64,000 bases of DNA from an uncultured Gammaproteobacteria bacterium (GCA_964418775.1 CAYQNA010000001.1:64446-128445), one strand, 5' to 3'; counted from the stretch's first letter, positions 46,899 to 57,183 are shown. The notes: generated by a model not told the origin, from the letters alone. Translations and numbers: made by a program.

Positions 46899-49118
46899 AT
46901 GTTGGACATCAAGTCTTGGTCACTCCCATGGGGTGGCCGCACACTGACCGTGGAAACAGGGCGTTATGCTTTGCAATCCAATCGTTCGGTGACAGTTCGT
47001 TATGGCGATACCGTAATTATGGCCACAGTGGTCAAGAGCCCAAACGTTCGCGCGGGCCTGGACTACTTCCCACTCATGGTCGACTTTGAGGAAAAGTTGT
47101 ATGCCGCGGGTAAAATTAAGGGCTCACGCTTTATTAAGCGCGAAGGTCGCCCAAGTGATGAAGCGATTTTAATGGGTCGTTTAGTTGACCGCACCATTCG
47201 TCCGCTTTTTGACGACCGCATGCGCAATGATGTGCAGGTTGTGGTTACTCCGCTGGCCGTTGATGGCGAAAATGATGCGGCCATTGTTGGTTTGGTGGCT
47301 GCTTGTGCTACACTTACTTTGTCATCGATCCCATGGAATGGTCCAATTGCGGGTGCTCGCGTGGGCATGGCCAAGAATGGTGAATTTATTTTGAATATTA
47401 CTCAGGAACAATTGGCTGAAAATGGTGCACTTGACCTCGTGGTCACTGGTACCAAAGACAAGCTTGTGATGGTCGAAGCTGGGGCGAGTGAAGTGCCAGA
47501 GGCAACTATGCTCGAAGCCATTAAATGGGGCTTGAACCAATTACAGCCAGTGGTTGAATTCCTCAAACAAATTCAGGCCGAAGCTGGTTCAACAAAAGAA
47601 ACCATTGATGCGGCGATCGAAGAAACGCCAATTGCTCAGGCCAAAAAAATGGCCAAGCAGGTGATTGCTGATTCGGCCGATAGTTTAATTTTCAACACCC
47701 CAAAAATTACACGCACCGACCGCTTTGCCATGGTTGACGCGCTCAAAGTTACAGCCAAAGAAAAATTGGTTGCGGCTGGTTTTGAAGAGGGTGTAATCGC
47801 CGGCGTGATGGCCGAAATGAAATATTTGGTTGGGGATACAGTGTCCCAGCGCATTTTGGATCGTGGCCAGCGCCTTGACGGTCGCTCGCTCACTGATATT
47901 CGCGAATTGCAGACCGCCGTTGACCTCCTCCCACGCGTGCATGGTTCGGCTATGTTTATGCGTGGTGATACCCAGGTACTCTCGATTGTTACTCTTGGCG
48001 CGCCTGGTGACGTCCAGACAGTGGACACCATGGAGGAAGATGGCAAAAAGCGCTACATGCACCACTACAATGACTCGCCATTCTCGTATGGCGAAGCTGG
48101 TCCAATGCGGGGTCCAGGTCGTCGGGCCATTGGTCATGGTGCGCTTGCCGAACGTGCACTCGAACCAGTCCTTCCAGCCGAAGCAGATTTCCCATACGCC
48201 ATTCGCGTGGTGTCCGAAGTGATGGGCTCGAACGGCTCCAGTTCAATGGCTTCAACCTGTGGTTCAACCATGTCACTCATGGCTGCCGGTGTGCCAATCA
48301 AAAAACCAGTGGCTGGTATTGCCATGGGTTTGGCCTCTGATGAACAAGGTCGCTGGAAAGTTTTGACTGACCTTCAGGATATTGAAGATGGCCATGGTGG
48401 TATGGACTTTAAGATTGCTGGTACTCGTGATGGTATTACCGCCATCCAAATGGATACTAAGACTCAGGGTCTTAGCTGGGAAATTGTGGAGCAAACCATT
48501 AAACAAGCTTACGAAGCTCGTGTAAATATTCTCGCTAAAATGGCCGAAGCGATTGAATCACCTCGCCCAGATTTGTCTGAATTTGCACCACGCATTGTAA
48601 CGATTCAGATCCACCCAGATAAGATCCGCGAAGTGATTGGTCCAGGTGGTAAAGTCATCAACAAAATCATTGACGACACTGGTGTTCAAATTGATATTGA
48701 ACAAGACGGTCGTGTGATGATTACTTCGGCCGATGCCGATGGCATGACTCGTGCCGTGAAAATGGTTCAGGATATCGTGCGCGAAGTTGTGGCTGGCGAA
48801 ATTTTCGAAGGCCCAGTTGTTCGCCTCGAAGATTTTGGCGCCTTTGTGCAGCTCTTGCCAAACAAAGACGGCCTCGTCCACGTAAGTGAAATTTCGTGGG
48901 ACCGCGTAGGTCGCCCAAGCGATGTGCTCAAATACGGCGATGTCGTAAAGGTAAAAGTAAAAGAAATCGACAGTCTTGGTCGCGTTAATTTGACCATGAA
49001 AGAATTGACCGAAAAGCCAGAAGGTTGGACACCTCCACCACCACGCCCACCACGTCCAGAAGGTGGTCGCAGTTTCGGCGGTCCCCGCCGCAGCGGCCCA
49101 CCACGTGATCGGAATTAA
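46899..49118 (+). CDS. pnp: Polyribonucleotide nucleotidyltransferase
   Basis: FIKREGRP, R.DGR, SNGSSSMAS.CG, MDFKIAGT, KH and S1 domains. Confidence 0.97.
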   Translation: MLDIKSWSLPWGGRTLTVETGRYALQSNRSVTVRYGDTVIMATVVKSPNVRAGLDYFPLMVDFEEKLYAAGKIKGSRFIKREGRPSDEAILMGRLVDRTIRPLFDDRMRNDVQVVVTPLAVDGENDAAIVGLVAACATLTLSSIPWNGPIAGARVGMAKNGEFILNITQEQLAENGALDLVVTGTKDKLVMVEAGASEVPEATMLEAIKWGLNQLQPVVEFLKQIQAEAGSTKETIDAAIEETPIAQAKKMAKQVIADSADSLIFNTPKITRTDRFAMVDALKVTAKEKLVAAGFEEGVIAGVMAEMKYLVGDTVSQRILDRGQRLDGRSLTDIRELQTAVDLLPRVHGSAMFMRGDTQVLSIVTLGAPGDVQTVDTMEEDGKKRYMHHYNDSPFSYGEAGPMRGPGRRAIGHGALAERALEPVLPAEADFPYAIRVVSEVMGSNGSSSMASTCGSTMSLMAAGVPIKKPVAGIAMGLASDEQGRWKVLTDLQDIEDGHGGMDFKIAGTRDGITAIQMDTKTQGLSWEIVEQTIKQAYEARVNILAKMAEAIESPRPDLSEFAPRIVTIQIHPDKIREVIGPGGKVINKIIDDTGVQIDIEQDGRVMITSADADGMTRAVKMVQDIVREVVAGEIFEGPVVRLEDFGAFVQLLPNKDGLVHVSEISWDRVGRPSDVLKYGDVVKVKVKEIDSLGRVNLTMKELTEKPEGWTPPPPRPPRPEGGRSFGGPRRSGPPRDRN

Positions 49119-49129
49119 AATTCAATTTC

Positions 49130-49153
49130 AAAAAAGACCTTCGGGTCTTTTTT
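49130..49153 (+). terminator. Terminator after pnp
   Basis: AAAAAAGACC-TTCG-GGTCTTTTTT. Confidence 0.85.
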
Positions 49154-49155
49154 GT

Positions 49156-49249
49156 TTGACAGAAAAGATAAAATTCTGTACTATGCATGTAGTATTGTCC
49201 TCCAAAAGAGGACCCTGACAACCTTCTATACGAGGGTTGTCGTTTTTTT
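49156..49249 (+). ncRNA. Putative small RNA of about 60 nt with its own promoter and terminator
   Basis: TTGACA-17-TACTAT, then hairpin GTCCTC/GAGGAC, hairpin GACAACCTTC/GAGGGTTGTC and a T7 tail; no ORF. Confidence 0.5.
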
Positions 49250-49703
49250 ATATCATGTTTTTGTATCTCCGAACTATCTCTTCAAATACGGCTGGATCGG
49301 CTTTGCCTAGGTAATTTAGAAGGCGTTTTGAGCTTATGCTTCGAGATTGTTCAAATAGGACAGCAGATTTAATTCCGTTGATTTCTATTGGAAATTGGTA
49401 AGGCGCGTCTGGCTTGAGCTTTGTAGTTAGCGGAAGAACTAAGCACATTGTGGAAGAATGTCGCTTAAGAATTAAAACAGGACGACTTGAGTCTTGGTTT
49501 TTTCCGTCAATTTCATGCCCAATGTTTTGACCCAAAGCTGCCCACCAGATATCGCGTTCGTAAAAATGAAGATTGCGATGAGGGCGCTCATCGAGTAGAA
49601 TTTTTTGATTAGACCATTCTTGATGCAATTGACGACGGTCTAACATCAAGTTCCCTCCTTGATTAGACATAGAAGATATATTGTTAAATCTATTTAAATC
49701 CAT
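49248..49703 (-). CDS. PemK/MazF family toxin (no adjacent protein antitoxin)
   Basis: DIWWAALGQNIGHEIDGK...RPVLIL, VLPLTT, QSRSISSKRL; start may be 49646. Confidence 0.85.
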   Translation of the reverse strand: MDLNRFNNISSMSNQGGNLMLDRRQLHQEWSNQKILLDERPHRNLHFYERDIWWAALGQNIGHEIDGKNQDSSRPVLILKRHSSTMCLVLPLTTKLKPDAPYQFPIEINGIKSAVLFEQSRSISSKRLLNYLGKADPAVFEEIVRRYKNMI

Positions 49704-49843
49704 TCCGAATATCTTGTCAAGATTACAAACAAATTAGTTTTGTGCTATAATTGCAGCACACCGCCAAAGTCGTTGGTCTCTAACCCTTTTCCTGTCGGCT
49801 TAGAGACGCACGAGTTTGGTTTTTAGGCTTTTTATTTAAGGCT

Positions 49844-50833
49844 ATGAAAGAACCAACGTACAGCCAGGCTGTGCATGCTAGTTGGCAATTGGCGTGGAAA
49901 CACAAGAGTTTGTGGGCATTTGGCTTGTTTGCCATGTTGCTCGGACAATTGGGAATTGTGGATTTGTTTTTTAAAGTGATTTTTGTCTCTCGCACGGCCG
50001 AGACACCGCATTTGGCAGATTATTTGTGGTCGGTTTTGAATCCACAAACATGGATTCAGTGGGTTGGTGGGCCAGTGTCGCTAACACCAGACACGTGGGT
50101 TTGGTTAGCGTGGTTGATTGTCACAATGGTGGCACTCGCGGCCATGGTGGTATTTGTAGCTGTGGTGTCGCAGGGTGCGCTGGTACATATTAGCGCACGC
50201 ATTGCCAAGCGTCCGGGCGGGGAAGTGGACGAAACCAAGGCGTGGCACCAGGGTGTGACGCACTTTTGGCGCTTGCTTGGACTCAATATTGTGCGCAAAT
50301 TAATTATGGGCGCAGTGTCACTGCTCTTGGTGGCAGCGGTTTTACCGGCTGTACAGGACCCAAGTGGTGTGAACAAGGTGCTTTTGGTTGGGCTCGTGAT
50401 TTTTGCACTTTTGGTTGGTGTGATCGCTTCGTTTTTGCTTGTGTACGCGGCGTGTTACGTGATTGTCGAAGAGTATCGTTTACCAGAAGCGCTCCGCGAA
50501 GCCTGGCGTTTATTTATCCGTCATCCATTTGTGTCACTCGAAGTTGGCGCAATTGTAATTTTGGCCAATATCTTGCTCGCATTTGTGGCGCTTGTGGGCG
50601 TGGTATACATTTTGTTCTTGCCAATTTTGGTCTCGTACTTTATGGCCGTATGGTTTAACACGGCTGTGCTCGTAAAATTCGGTCTTATTTTGGGCTACGC
50701 ACTGTTTGTGGTATTGCTCGTGGTTGCCTGCGCCTTGTTTACAGTGTTCACCACCAGCATGTGGACATACTTGTTTACTAAAATGCACAAGCATGGACTC
50801 ACAAGCCGTCTCTTCCATTGGCTGCATCGCTAA
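49844..50833 (+). CDS. Multi-pass membrane protein
   Basis: AW..K.LW.FGLFA start, FWRLLGL, several TM helices. Confidence 0.75.
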   Translation: MKEPTYSQAVHASWQLAWKHKSLWAFGLFAMLLGQLGIVDLFFKVIFVSRTAETPHLADYLWSVLNPQTWIQWVGGPVSLTPDTWVWLAWLIVTMVALAAMVVFVAVVSQGALVHISARIAKRPGGEVDETKAWHQGVTHFWRLLGLNIVRKLIMGAVSLLLVAAVLPAVQDPSGVNKVLLVGLVIFALLVGVIASFLLVYAACYVIVEEYRLPEALREAWRLFIRHPFVSLEVGAIVILANILLAFVALVGVVYILFLPILVSYFMAVWFNTAVLVKFGLILGYALFVVLLVVACALFTVFTTSMWTYLFTKMHKHGLTSRLFHWLHR

Positions 50834-50835
50834 CT

Positions 50836-52566
50836 ATGTCCGGTTTCCAAAACCTTAATGATTTGCTCGGTGTTAAAGACGACCAGGGGACTGGGCCGTC
50901 GGCTCTGCCTACCGCGGTAAATGAAAAATTTGCCGAAAAAATGGTGAACATCAAGAAAAAGGAATTGGAAACTGAAGCCATTCGTTTGGCGACAGACATG
51001 GGTGCACCATACATTAATTTGGAGCGCTTTCCCGTGAGTCAGGAGGCGCTGCGCCAGGTGCCGCGCGAAACTGCCAGTGCACTCGGGGCTGTGTGCTTTT
51101 TTGCAACTCCAGACGAAGTGCGTGTGGGTGCACTCGATCCAACAGCACCACAGGTGCAGCAACTTTTATACGATATTCAGGAACGTAACCACGTACAAGG
51201 TGGCATGTACTTGATTTCGGAAACGAGTTTACAGCGCATTTTGGAGATGTACAACACGTTGCCTGTAATTAAACCCGTGACCAAAGACGTGCAAATTAGC
51301 AGTCAGGATTTGGAGAGAGTACAGGCTGATGTCAATGATTTTCGGTCGCTGCAGGCTGCGCTCGAAAAACGTTCGACGACCGACCTACTCACTTTGATTT
51401 TGGGCGCGGCGCTTAAGCTCGATAGTTCGGACGTACATATTGAAGCTGAAGAAACTAAGATTGTGGTTCGCTTGCGCTTGGATGGTATTTTGCACGATGT
51501 GGCCACGCTGCCAAAAGAAGTCTACAAACAATTGATTTCGCGCATTAAATTGTTGTCTTCGCTCAAAATTAATATTACAGATAAGCCGCAGGACGGCCGT
51601 TTTACCATTAAATTTACTGATTACGACATTGACCTGCGTATTTCGACCATCCCAACCGTTCATGGCGAAAGTGTGGTAATGCGGTTGCTCAAGCAAAAAC
51701 AAGAGGGGATTAGTCTGGACAAATTAGGTGTTCGAGGTCGCATGCTCGAGCAGCTAAAGCGCGAAATTGCGCGGCCAAATGGCATGATTATTTCGACTGG
51801 TCCGACTGGGAGTGGTAAGACTACAACTTTGTACGCGATTTTGAAAATACTAAACCAACCAGGCGTGAAAATTTTAACTCTTGAAGACCCAGTTGAATAT
51901 CGTATCGAGGGTGTGAACCAGAGTCAGATTGACCGCTCCAAAGATTACACGTTTGCCAAGGGTTTGCGTTCAATGCTGCGTCAAGATCCGGACATTGTGA
52001 TGGTTGGTGAAATTCGCGACCTTGAAACCGCGGATATTGCCGTTCAAGCGGCGCTTACTGGTCACTTGCTCCTATCTACAATCCACACCAATAGTGCTGC
52101 GGGCGCTGTGCCACGCTTTTTGTCCATGGGTGTAAAACCATTTTTGCTTGCACCGGCCCTGAATTGCGTGATTGGTCAGCGTTTGGTTCGTCGTGTGTGT
52201 CAACAATGCGCCGTTAAAACAGATTTAACTGCGTTACCAACAGACATGCAAACACGTTTGACAGAAATTTTACAAAATTTACCAGAAATTGATAAAAAAG
52301 AAATTGCGGAAAAACCAAAAATGTTCTATACTGCTAAGGGTTGTGTGGCCTGTAATAATTTAGGTTACAAAGGCCGTGTTACTATTTGCGAGTTGTTTAG
52401 CTTAACACCACAAATTGAACAAGCTGTGAACAGTGGGAAAGTGTCAGAATATGACATTGAGCAAATGGCCCGCGCCAACGGCATGGTCACAATGGTGGAA
52501 GATGGTGTTTTGAAAGCTTTAGACGGTATTACCACACCGGAAGAAGTCTTCCGAGTAATCGAATAA
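50836..52566 (+). CDS. GspE/PulE/PilB family secretion ATPase
   Basis: SDVHIE, PQDGRF, GPTGSGKTTTLY, TLEDPVEY, LRQDPD, TGHLLLSTIHTN, two CxxC pairs. Confidence 0.93.
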   Translation: MSGFQNLNDLLGVKDDQGTGPSALPTAVNEKFAEKMVNIKKKELETEAIRLATDMGAPYINLERFPVSQEALRQVPRETASALGAVCFFATPDEVRVGALDPTAPQVQQLLYDIQERNHVQGGMYLISETSLQRILEMYNTLPVIKPVTKDVQISSQDLERVQADVNDFRSLQAALEKRSTTDLLTLILGAALKLDSSDVHIEAEETKIVVRLRLDGILHDVATLPKEVYKQLISRIKLLSSLKINITDKPQDGRFTIKFTDYDIDLRISTIPTVHGESVVMRLLKQKQEGISLDKLGVRGRMLEQLKREIARPNGMIISTGPTGSGKTTTLYAILKILNQPGVKILTLEDPVEYRIEGVNQSQIDRSKDYTFAKGLRSMLRQDPDIVMVGEIRDLETADIAVQAALTGHLLLSTIHTNSAAGAVPRFLSMGVKPFLLAPALNCVIGQRLVRRVCQQCAVKTDLTALPTDMQTRLTEILQNLPEIDKKEIAEKPKMFYTAKGCVACNNLGYKGRVTICELFSLTPQIEQAVNSGKVSEYDIEQMARANGMVTMVEDGVLKALDGITTPEEVFRVIE

Positions 52567-52568
52567 TT

Positions 52569-53717
52569 ATGGTGAATCGCTCGCGCGGTACTTTGCCAGG
52601 AACTCCTGGCGCACCGGTCAGATTTTATAAATTTGTCGCGGTTACTTTTTTGCTATTAACGTTGGCCTTACTTGGCCTGATTGCGTTTATGTCAGCCAAA
52701 CGGGCTGACATTGTTATTACTACCCATTCGGACAACGTGGATGCAACCTTTCCGTTGGAAATTGGGCCTGGTGTGCCGCAGGCAGCGGTGAAGGCGAGTG
52801 TGACGACCACGGTTATCACACTCAGTAAGGTCGTGGCCCCAAGTGGTTTGCGTACTGCTACGACGACGAATAGCGATGTTAAAATAACACTTGTGAACGA
52901 GTCAGTTGTGGCTCAACCATTGGTTGCAACCACGCGTGTTCAGGCAGCCGATGGAACATTAATGCGCTTGCGTCGCGGTGTGACCGTGCCAGCCCAGGGC
53001 AATATTGTGGCTGATGTATATTTGGACCAACCAGGCAGTGTGTCTACTGTACCAGCTGCTCGTTACACAATCCCAGGTCTGAGTAGTTTGCGACAGCAGC
53101 AGGTGTACGCCCAATCAGCTGGTGAATTGAATTTCACGGGCGTACGCAAAGTGGGTGTGATTACGGCCGATGATATTACCAAGGGTAAGGCCGAACTTCT
53201 TGAAGCCATGAAAACCAAGGCGCAAGAAGGGGCCACTATGGTGACCGGTACTACGGTTTTGGCGACAGTGCTCCAGCAAGTCGTGGAAACCCCTGCTAAC
53301 ATTGGTGACGAAACAGAAAGCTTTACACTGACCGGGCGCGCGACCATTGCTCTCGTAGCATATGCGGATAGTGATTTAACAGCACAAGCTAACCAAATGC
53401 TAGCCAAACAAATTGTGGATGCCAGCGAAGTGCTTGAGAGTGCCAATGCTACCCCATCAGTTTCGCTCGAAAATTATGATTTAGCCACAGGCGTGGCCAC
53501 GCTCAAAGTCGTGCATAGCGGCCTGGTAAACATTGATCCGAATAGTCCTGAGCTCCAAAAAGTTATGTTCTTTGGCAAAACCGAAGATGAAGTGCGCCGC
53601 TACCTCCTGTCGCTTGACCATGTTAAAAGCGTGGAAATCAAGTTTAAACCACTGTGGAACCACACGGTCCCTCATGTGGCTGACCATGTCGAGGTGACAG
53701 TGGTTCAGGCTAAATAG
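52569..53717 (+). CDS. Single-TM hypothetical protein
   Basis: N-terminal TM followed by a beta-rich region (QPLVATTR, TIPGL); co-oriented with the PilB-type gene. Confidence 0.65.
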   Translation: MVNRSRGTLPGTPGAPVRFYKFVAVTFLLLTLALLGLIAFMSAKRADIVITTHSDNVDATFPLEIGPGVPQAAVKASVTTTVITLSKVVAPSGLRTATTTNSDVKITLVNESVVAQPLVATTRVQAADGTLMRLRRGVTVPAQGNIVADVYLDQPGSVSTVPAARYTIPGLSSLRQQQVYAQSAGELNFTGVRKVGVITADDITKGKAELLEAMKTKAQEGATMVTGTTVLATVLQQVVETPANIGDETESFTLTGRATIALVAYADSDLTAQANQMLAKQIVDASEVLESANATPSVSLENYDLATGVATLKVVHSGLVNIDPNSPELQKVMFFGKTEDEVRRYLLSLDHVKSVEIKFKPLWNHTVPHVADHVEVTVVQAK

Positions 53718-53736
53718 TTTATTATTTTTTACTCGT

Positions 53737-55182
53737 ATGCCTCAGGCAAAAAAACACGTCAGTCGGTCGCGCGCTCCGCGCGTTAGCCGAAGCAATCGCA
53801 CCAGCGCGGTCGCAACCCAGACCCTAACTAACACCAAACTAGCTTTGGCGACTTTGTTTTTGGGCTTTTCTTCGTTAGCTGCTGCGGCCAGCTCCACCCC
53901 AATGTCTGCGGCTGATCAAGCACGTATTGATGCACGCATGGCTCATCAAATGAACGGAACCTCAGCTTCACCAACGCCTGTTACTGCCACGTCTACGGTA
54001 CCCACGAGTACAGGGTCTCAGGTGAAAACGAGTCCAAGAGGATTTGTAACATTTAATTATAATAATGATAAAAAAACGGATAGAATTTTGACAAGCGGCG
54101 AGAGTATACGGGTTCAGTGGTATATGAGTGGTCATGGGAACCCAATTAGTTTACGTAAGATTTCATTTATAGTAAAGACTTATGGTGGCCCGACAAATGC
54201 TGCTGATTTTTCCCAGTTTGTACTAAAAAGTGGTTTTTACTCCGAAAAGGTTTTGGCAACTGCGGTTTTGCAGCCAAATAGCGATAAAATTACGTTTGTT
54301 TTACCAGAGCCACTGGTTTTAAACAAGTATAATACAGCTCCTTATGGTAATTATGGCGGAGTGGCTCTTTATTTAGAAGCAAAAGCGTCAACCTCTGGGC
54401 TAATGACACCGGGAGCAGTTCATACTTTTGATTTTGCTCCTGACACGCCGGAAAATATCGAAGTCATGGACATGGCTACCGGAGATTTGTTAGGACCAGA
54501 AAGAATCGTGTTTGGATCTAAGTCTGCGGGCAAAGCGGATATTGCCTTACCCAGTGAGGCAATCTTAATGCATAATACAGCGCCAGTGATTACTAAGTGG
54601 GGGACAGCCTTAAGCTCTTCTCAATCTGCACAATTGAATTTATTTTCGATCACGGCTAAGGGCGACCGGGATTTAAAGTTCAAAGGGATTAACTTTGATA
54701 TTTCTGTTGAAGGGTTGGGCGCAAACGGCAATGATGTGGGTAAGATTCATAGTTTTAGGTTGCACGAAAGCGGTCAGGGCGGTGGAATGAAACAACAAAT
54801 TGGTAAAACATACCCACTTTGTTTGGCAGGGGCAGCTGGCGTTACCACCCCAATGAAGTGTCGATTTGCCACTAACGAGACAGTTTATTTTGAACCAGAC
54901 TCAACAAGTCCAATTATTATCCCCGCCGGCACCACTCGTTATTTCTACCTTGTAGCCGACACAACTGATATTTTAAAGGGAAAAACTACTGGTTCGGTTT
55001 CGGTTAGGACCACCGTAAAGGGTGAGACTGGTCTGAAAGTTGGCAATAATGGGTATGAGAAAAATTGGGCTGATGGCGGCTTTGTTTATGAGTATACTCC
55101 GATTAACAGTAGTGTGAAGGGTCCTTTTACAGCTTCGGATTCATACCCAATGAACGGCATTGTGGAGTCTATTAGTCTTTAG
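53737..55182 (+). CDS. Secreted/surface hypothetical protein
   Basis: Basic N-terminus, hydrophobic segment, Thr/Ser linker, beta-rich body. Confidence 0.65.
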   Translation: MPQAKKHVSRSRAPRVSRSNRTSAVATQTLTNTKLALATLFLGFSSLAAAASSTPMSAADQARIDARMAHQMNGTSASPTPVTATSTVPTSTGSQVKTSPRGFVTFNYNNDKKTDRILTSGESIRVQWYMSGHGNPISLRKISFIVKTYGGPTNAADFSQFVLKSGFYSEKVLATAVLQPNSDKITFVLPEPLVLNKYNTAPYGNYGGVALYLEAKASTSGLMTPGAVHTFDFAPDTPENIEVMDMATGDLLGPERIVFGSKSAGKADIALPSEAILMHNTAPVITKWGTALSSSQSAQLNLFSITAKGDRDLKFKGINFDISVEGLGANGNDVGKIHSFRLHESGQGGGMKQQIGKTYPLCLAGAAGVTTPMKCRFATNETVYFEPDSTSPIIIPAGTTRYFYLVADTTDILKGKTTGSVSVRTTVKGETGLKVGNNGYEKNWADGGFVYEYTPINSSVKGPFTASDSYPMNGIVESISL

Positions 55183-55183
55183 C

Positions 55184-55371
55184 TTGACAGGCCGCAGGCC
55201 TTGGGTTAGAGTATAAGGGACACGTTTGCACGAGAACCAGCCCAGCCCTACGGCATGGTACCACTCTCGGAGTGTCAAGACAGTTTATTGAGTAAATTAT
55301 CGGGTGGAACCGTCAATGATTCATTGACCCCGGTACGCTTGTAAAAGGGCGTATCGGGGTTTTTATTTTTT
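55184..55371 (+). promoter_or_regulatory. T-box riboswitch (Thr) with promoter and terminator
   Basis: TTGACA-17-TAGAGT; antiterminator CGGG-TGGAACC-GTCAATG/CATTGAC-CCCG; terminator ACCCCGGTACGC/GCGTATCGGGGT plus T-run; bulged ACC at 55260-62. Confidence 0.85.
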
Positions 55372-55374
55372 CAT

Positions 55375-57123
55375 ATGGATAAAGAACAATTGCAGGGTTT
55401 GCGGCATTCGGCCGCGCATTTGTTGGCCGCAGCCGTGGCCGAATTGTGGCCAAATGCCAAGCGCACAATTGGCCCAGCGATCGACACTGGGTTTTATTAT
55501 GATTTTGATTTTGGGGCAACCAAAATTTCGGAAACTGATTTTCCTACAATTGACGCGAAAATGCAGGAATTGGTGAAAAATTGGACCAGTTTTTCGCACC
55601 GCGAAGTAAGCAAAGACGAGGCACTCGAGTATTTTAAAGACAATGAGTATAAACAAGAATTAATTAATGAATTTGCGGGCGAGGGAAGCGCGCTCACGTT
55701 TTACACGTCGGGTAATTTTACTGATTTGTGTCGCGGCGGACATACGGAAGACCCAAGTAAAGTGCTGAAACATTTTAAATTGCTCACCATTGCAGGTGCG
55801 TATTGGCGTGGTGATGAGAAAAATAAAATGTTGACGCGCATTTATGGCACAGCGTTTGAGACTGCCGAGGGCTTGAACAATTATTTAGTTCAATTAGAAG
55901 AAGCCCGCAAACGTGACCATCGCCGTTTGGGCAAAGAGCTGGATTTGTTTGTGTTTTCCGATTTAGTTGGGCCGGGGTTGCCACTTTTCACGCCAAAAGG
56001 TGCGTTTGTGCGTCGTGAATTGCAAAAGTTTGTGAACGAATTGCAACAGGGAATTGGGTATCAGGAAGTGTGGACACCACAATTGACCAAAGCCGAACTC
56101 TTCAAAACGTCGGGCCACTATGATAAGTATAAGGAAGACATGTTCCATGCGCGTTCGAATTACAGCGAAGAGGAATTTTTCCTTAAGCCAATGAACTGCC
56201 CAATGCACACGCAATTGTTTGCGAGTCGTTCGCGCAGTTACCGCGACTTGCCGCTCCGCTACAGTGATTTTGCGAATTTGTACCGCGACGAACGTCCAGG
56301 TGAATTGTCTGGACTCACACGTTTGCGCGCGTTTTCGCAGGATGATGCACACTGCTTCTGCCGTGAAGACCAAATCGAAGCCGAGTTTTTGAATGTATCC
56401 AAAGTAATTGCCACTGCGATTGCCAAATTTGGCATGAAGTATTGGGTGCGTTTGTCGCTCTGGGACCCAAACAATCAGGCAAAATATTTAGGTTCGCCCG
56501 AAGTGTGGGAACGCGCACAGGCCAAGCTCGAAAGTATTGTGAAGCAGGTGGGCGTGGAGTACAAACGCGTGGAAGGGGACGCGGCGATTTATGGGCCAAA
56601 AATGGACTTTATTGCGGTGGACGCACTCGGTCGCGAGTGGCAAATTTCGACGATTCAGTTGGACTTTATTCAACCAGAGCGCTTTGAATTGGAGTATACC
56701 GATGCCGATGGCCAGAAGAAGCGTCCTGTGATGATCCACCGCGCGATTTTGGGCTCCCCAGAGCGTTTTATGGGTCTTTTGATCGAACATACGGCTGGGG
56801 CCCTTCCGGTGTGGCTAGCGCCTATCCAGGTGCTTCTGGCGCCTGTTTCTGGGGAGAAGCATGGTGCTGGTGCCGAGGCCATGGCGGCCGAGTGGCGCAA
56901 GGCTGGTATTCGCGTGGAAGTTGATGCGGCCAATGAAACCATTGGCAAAAAAGTGCGCAATGCGTCAGCGCAAAAAATTCCGTATATTGTGGTCGCTGGT
57001 GACCGCGAATTGTCTGGTGAATCACTTAGTGTAAAAGTTTTGGGCCAAGAAGAGCCACTCGTGATTAGTGCGGCAGACTTTGTGGCACGGGTGGTATCGG
57101 AAACACGTGAACGTAGTCGCTAA
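55375..57123 (+). CDS. thrS: Threonyl-tRNA synthetase (canonical bacterial type, with editing domain)
   Basis: RHSAAHLL, DLCRGGH, AYWRGD, LKPMNCP, RLRAFSQDDAH, HRAILGS.ERF. Confidence 0.97.
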   Translation: MDKEQLQGLRHSAAHLLAAAVAELWPNAKRTIGPAIDTGFYYDFDFGATKISETDFPTIDAKMQELVKNWTSFSHREVSKDEALEYFKDNEYKQELINEFAGEGSALTFYTSGNFTDLCRGGHTEDPSKVLKHFKLLTIAGAYWRGDEKNKMLTRIYGTAFETAEGLNNYLVQLEEARKRDHRRLGKELDLFVFSDLVGPGLPLFTPKGAFVRRELQKFVNELQQGIGYQEVWTPQLTKAELFKTSGHYDKYKEDMFHARSNYSEEEFFLKPMNCPMHTQLFASRSRSYRDLPLRYSDFANLYRDERPGELSGLTRLRAFSQDDAHCFCREDQIEAEFLNVSKVIATAIAKFGMKYWVRLSLWDPNNQAKYLGSPEVWERAQAKLESIVKQVGVEYKRVEGDAAIYGPKMDFIAVDALGREWQISTIQLDFIQPERFELEYTDADGQKKRPVMIHRAILGSPERFMGLLIEHTAGALPVWLAPIQVLLAPVSGEKHGAGAEAMAAEWRKAGIRVEVDAANETIGKKVRNASAQKIPYIVVAGDRELSGESLSVKVLGQEEPLVISAADFVARVVSETRERSR

Positions 57124-57142
57124 GCAATTATTCAACCAAACA

Positions 57143-57168
57143 AAAAACCTCCCACACGGGAGGTTTTT
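57143..57168. terminator. Bidirectional terminator
   Basis: AAAAACCTCCC/GGGAGGTTTTT. Confidence 0.8.
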
Positions 57169-57183
57169 AATTACCTAGTTTAT

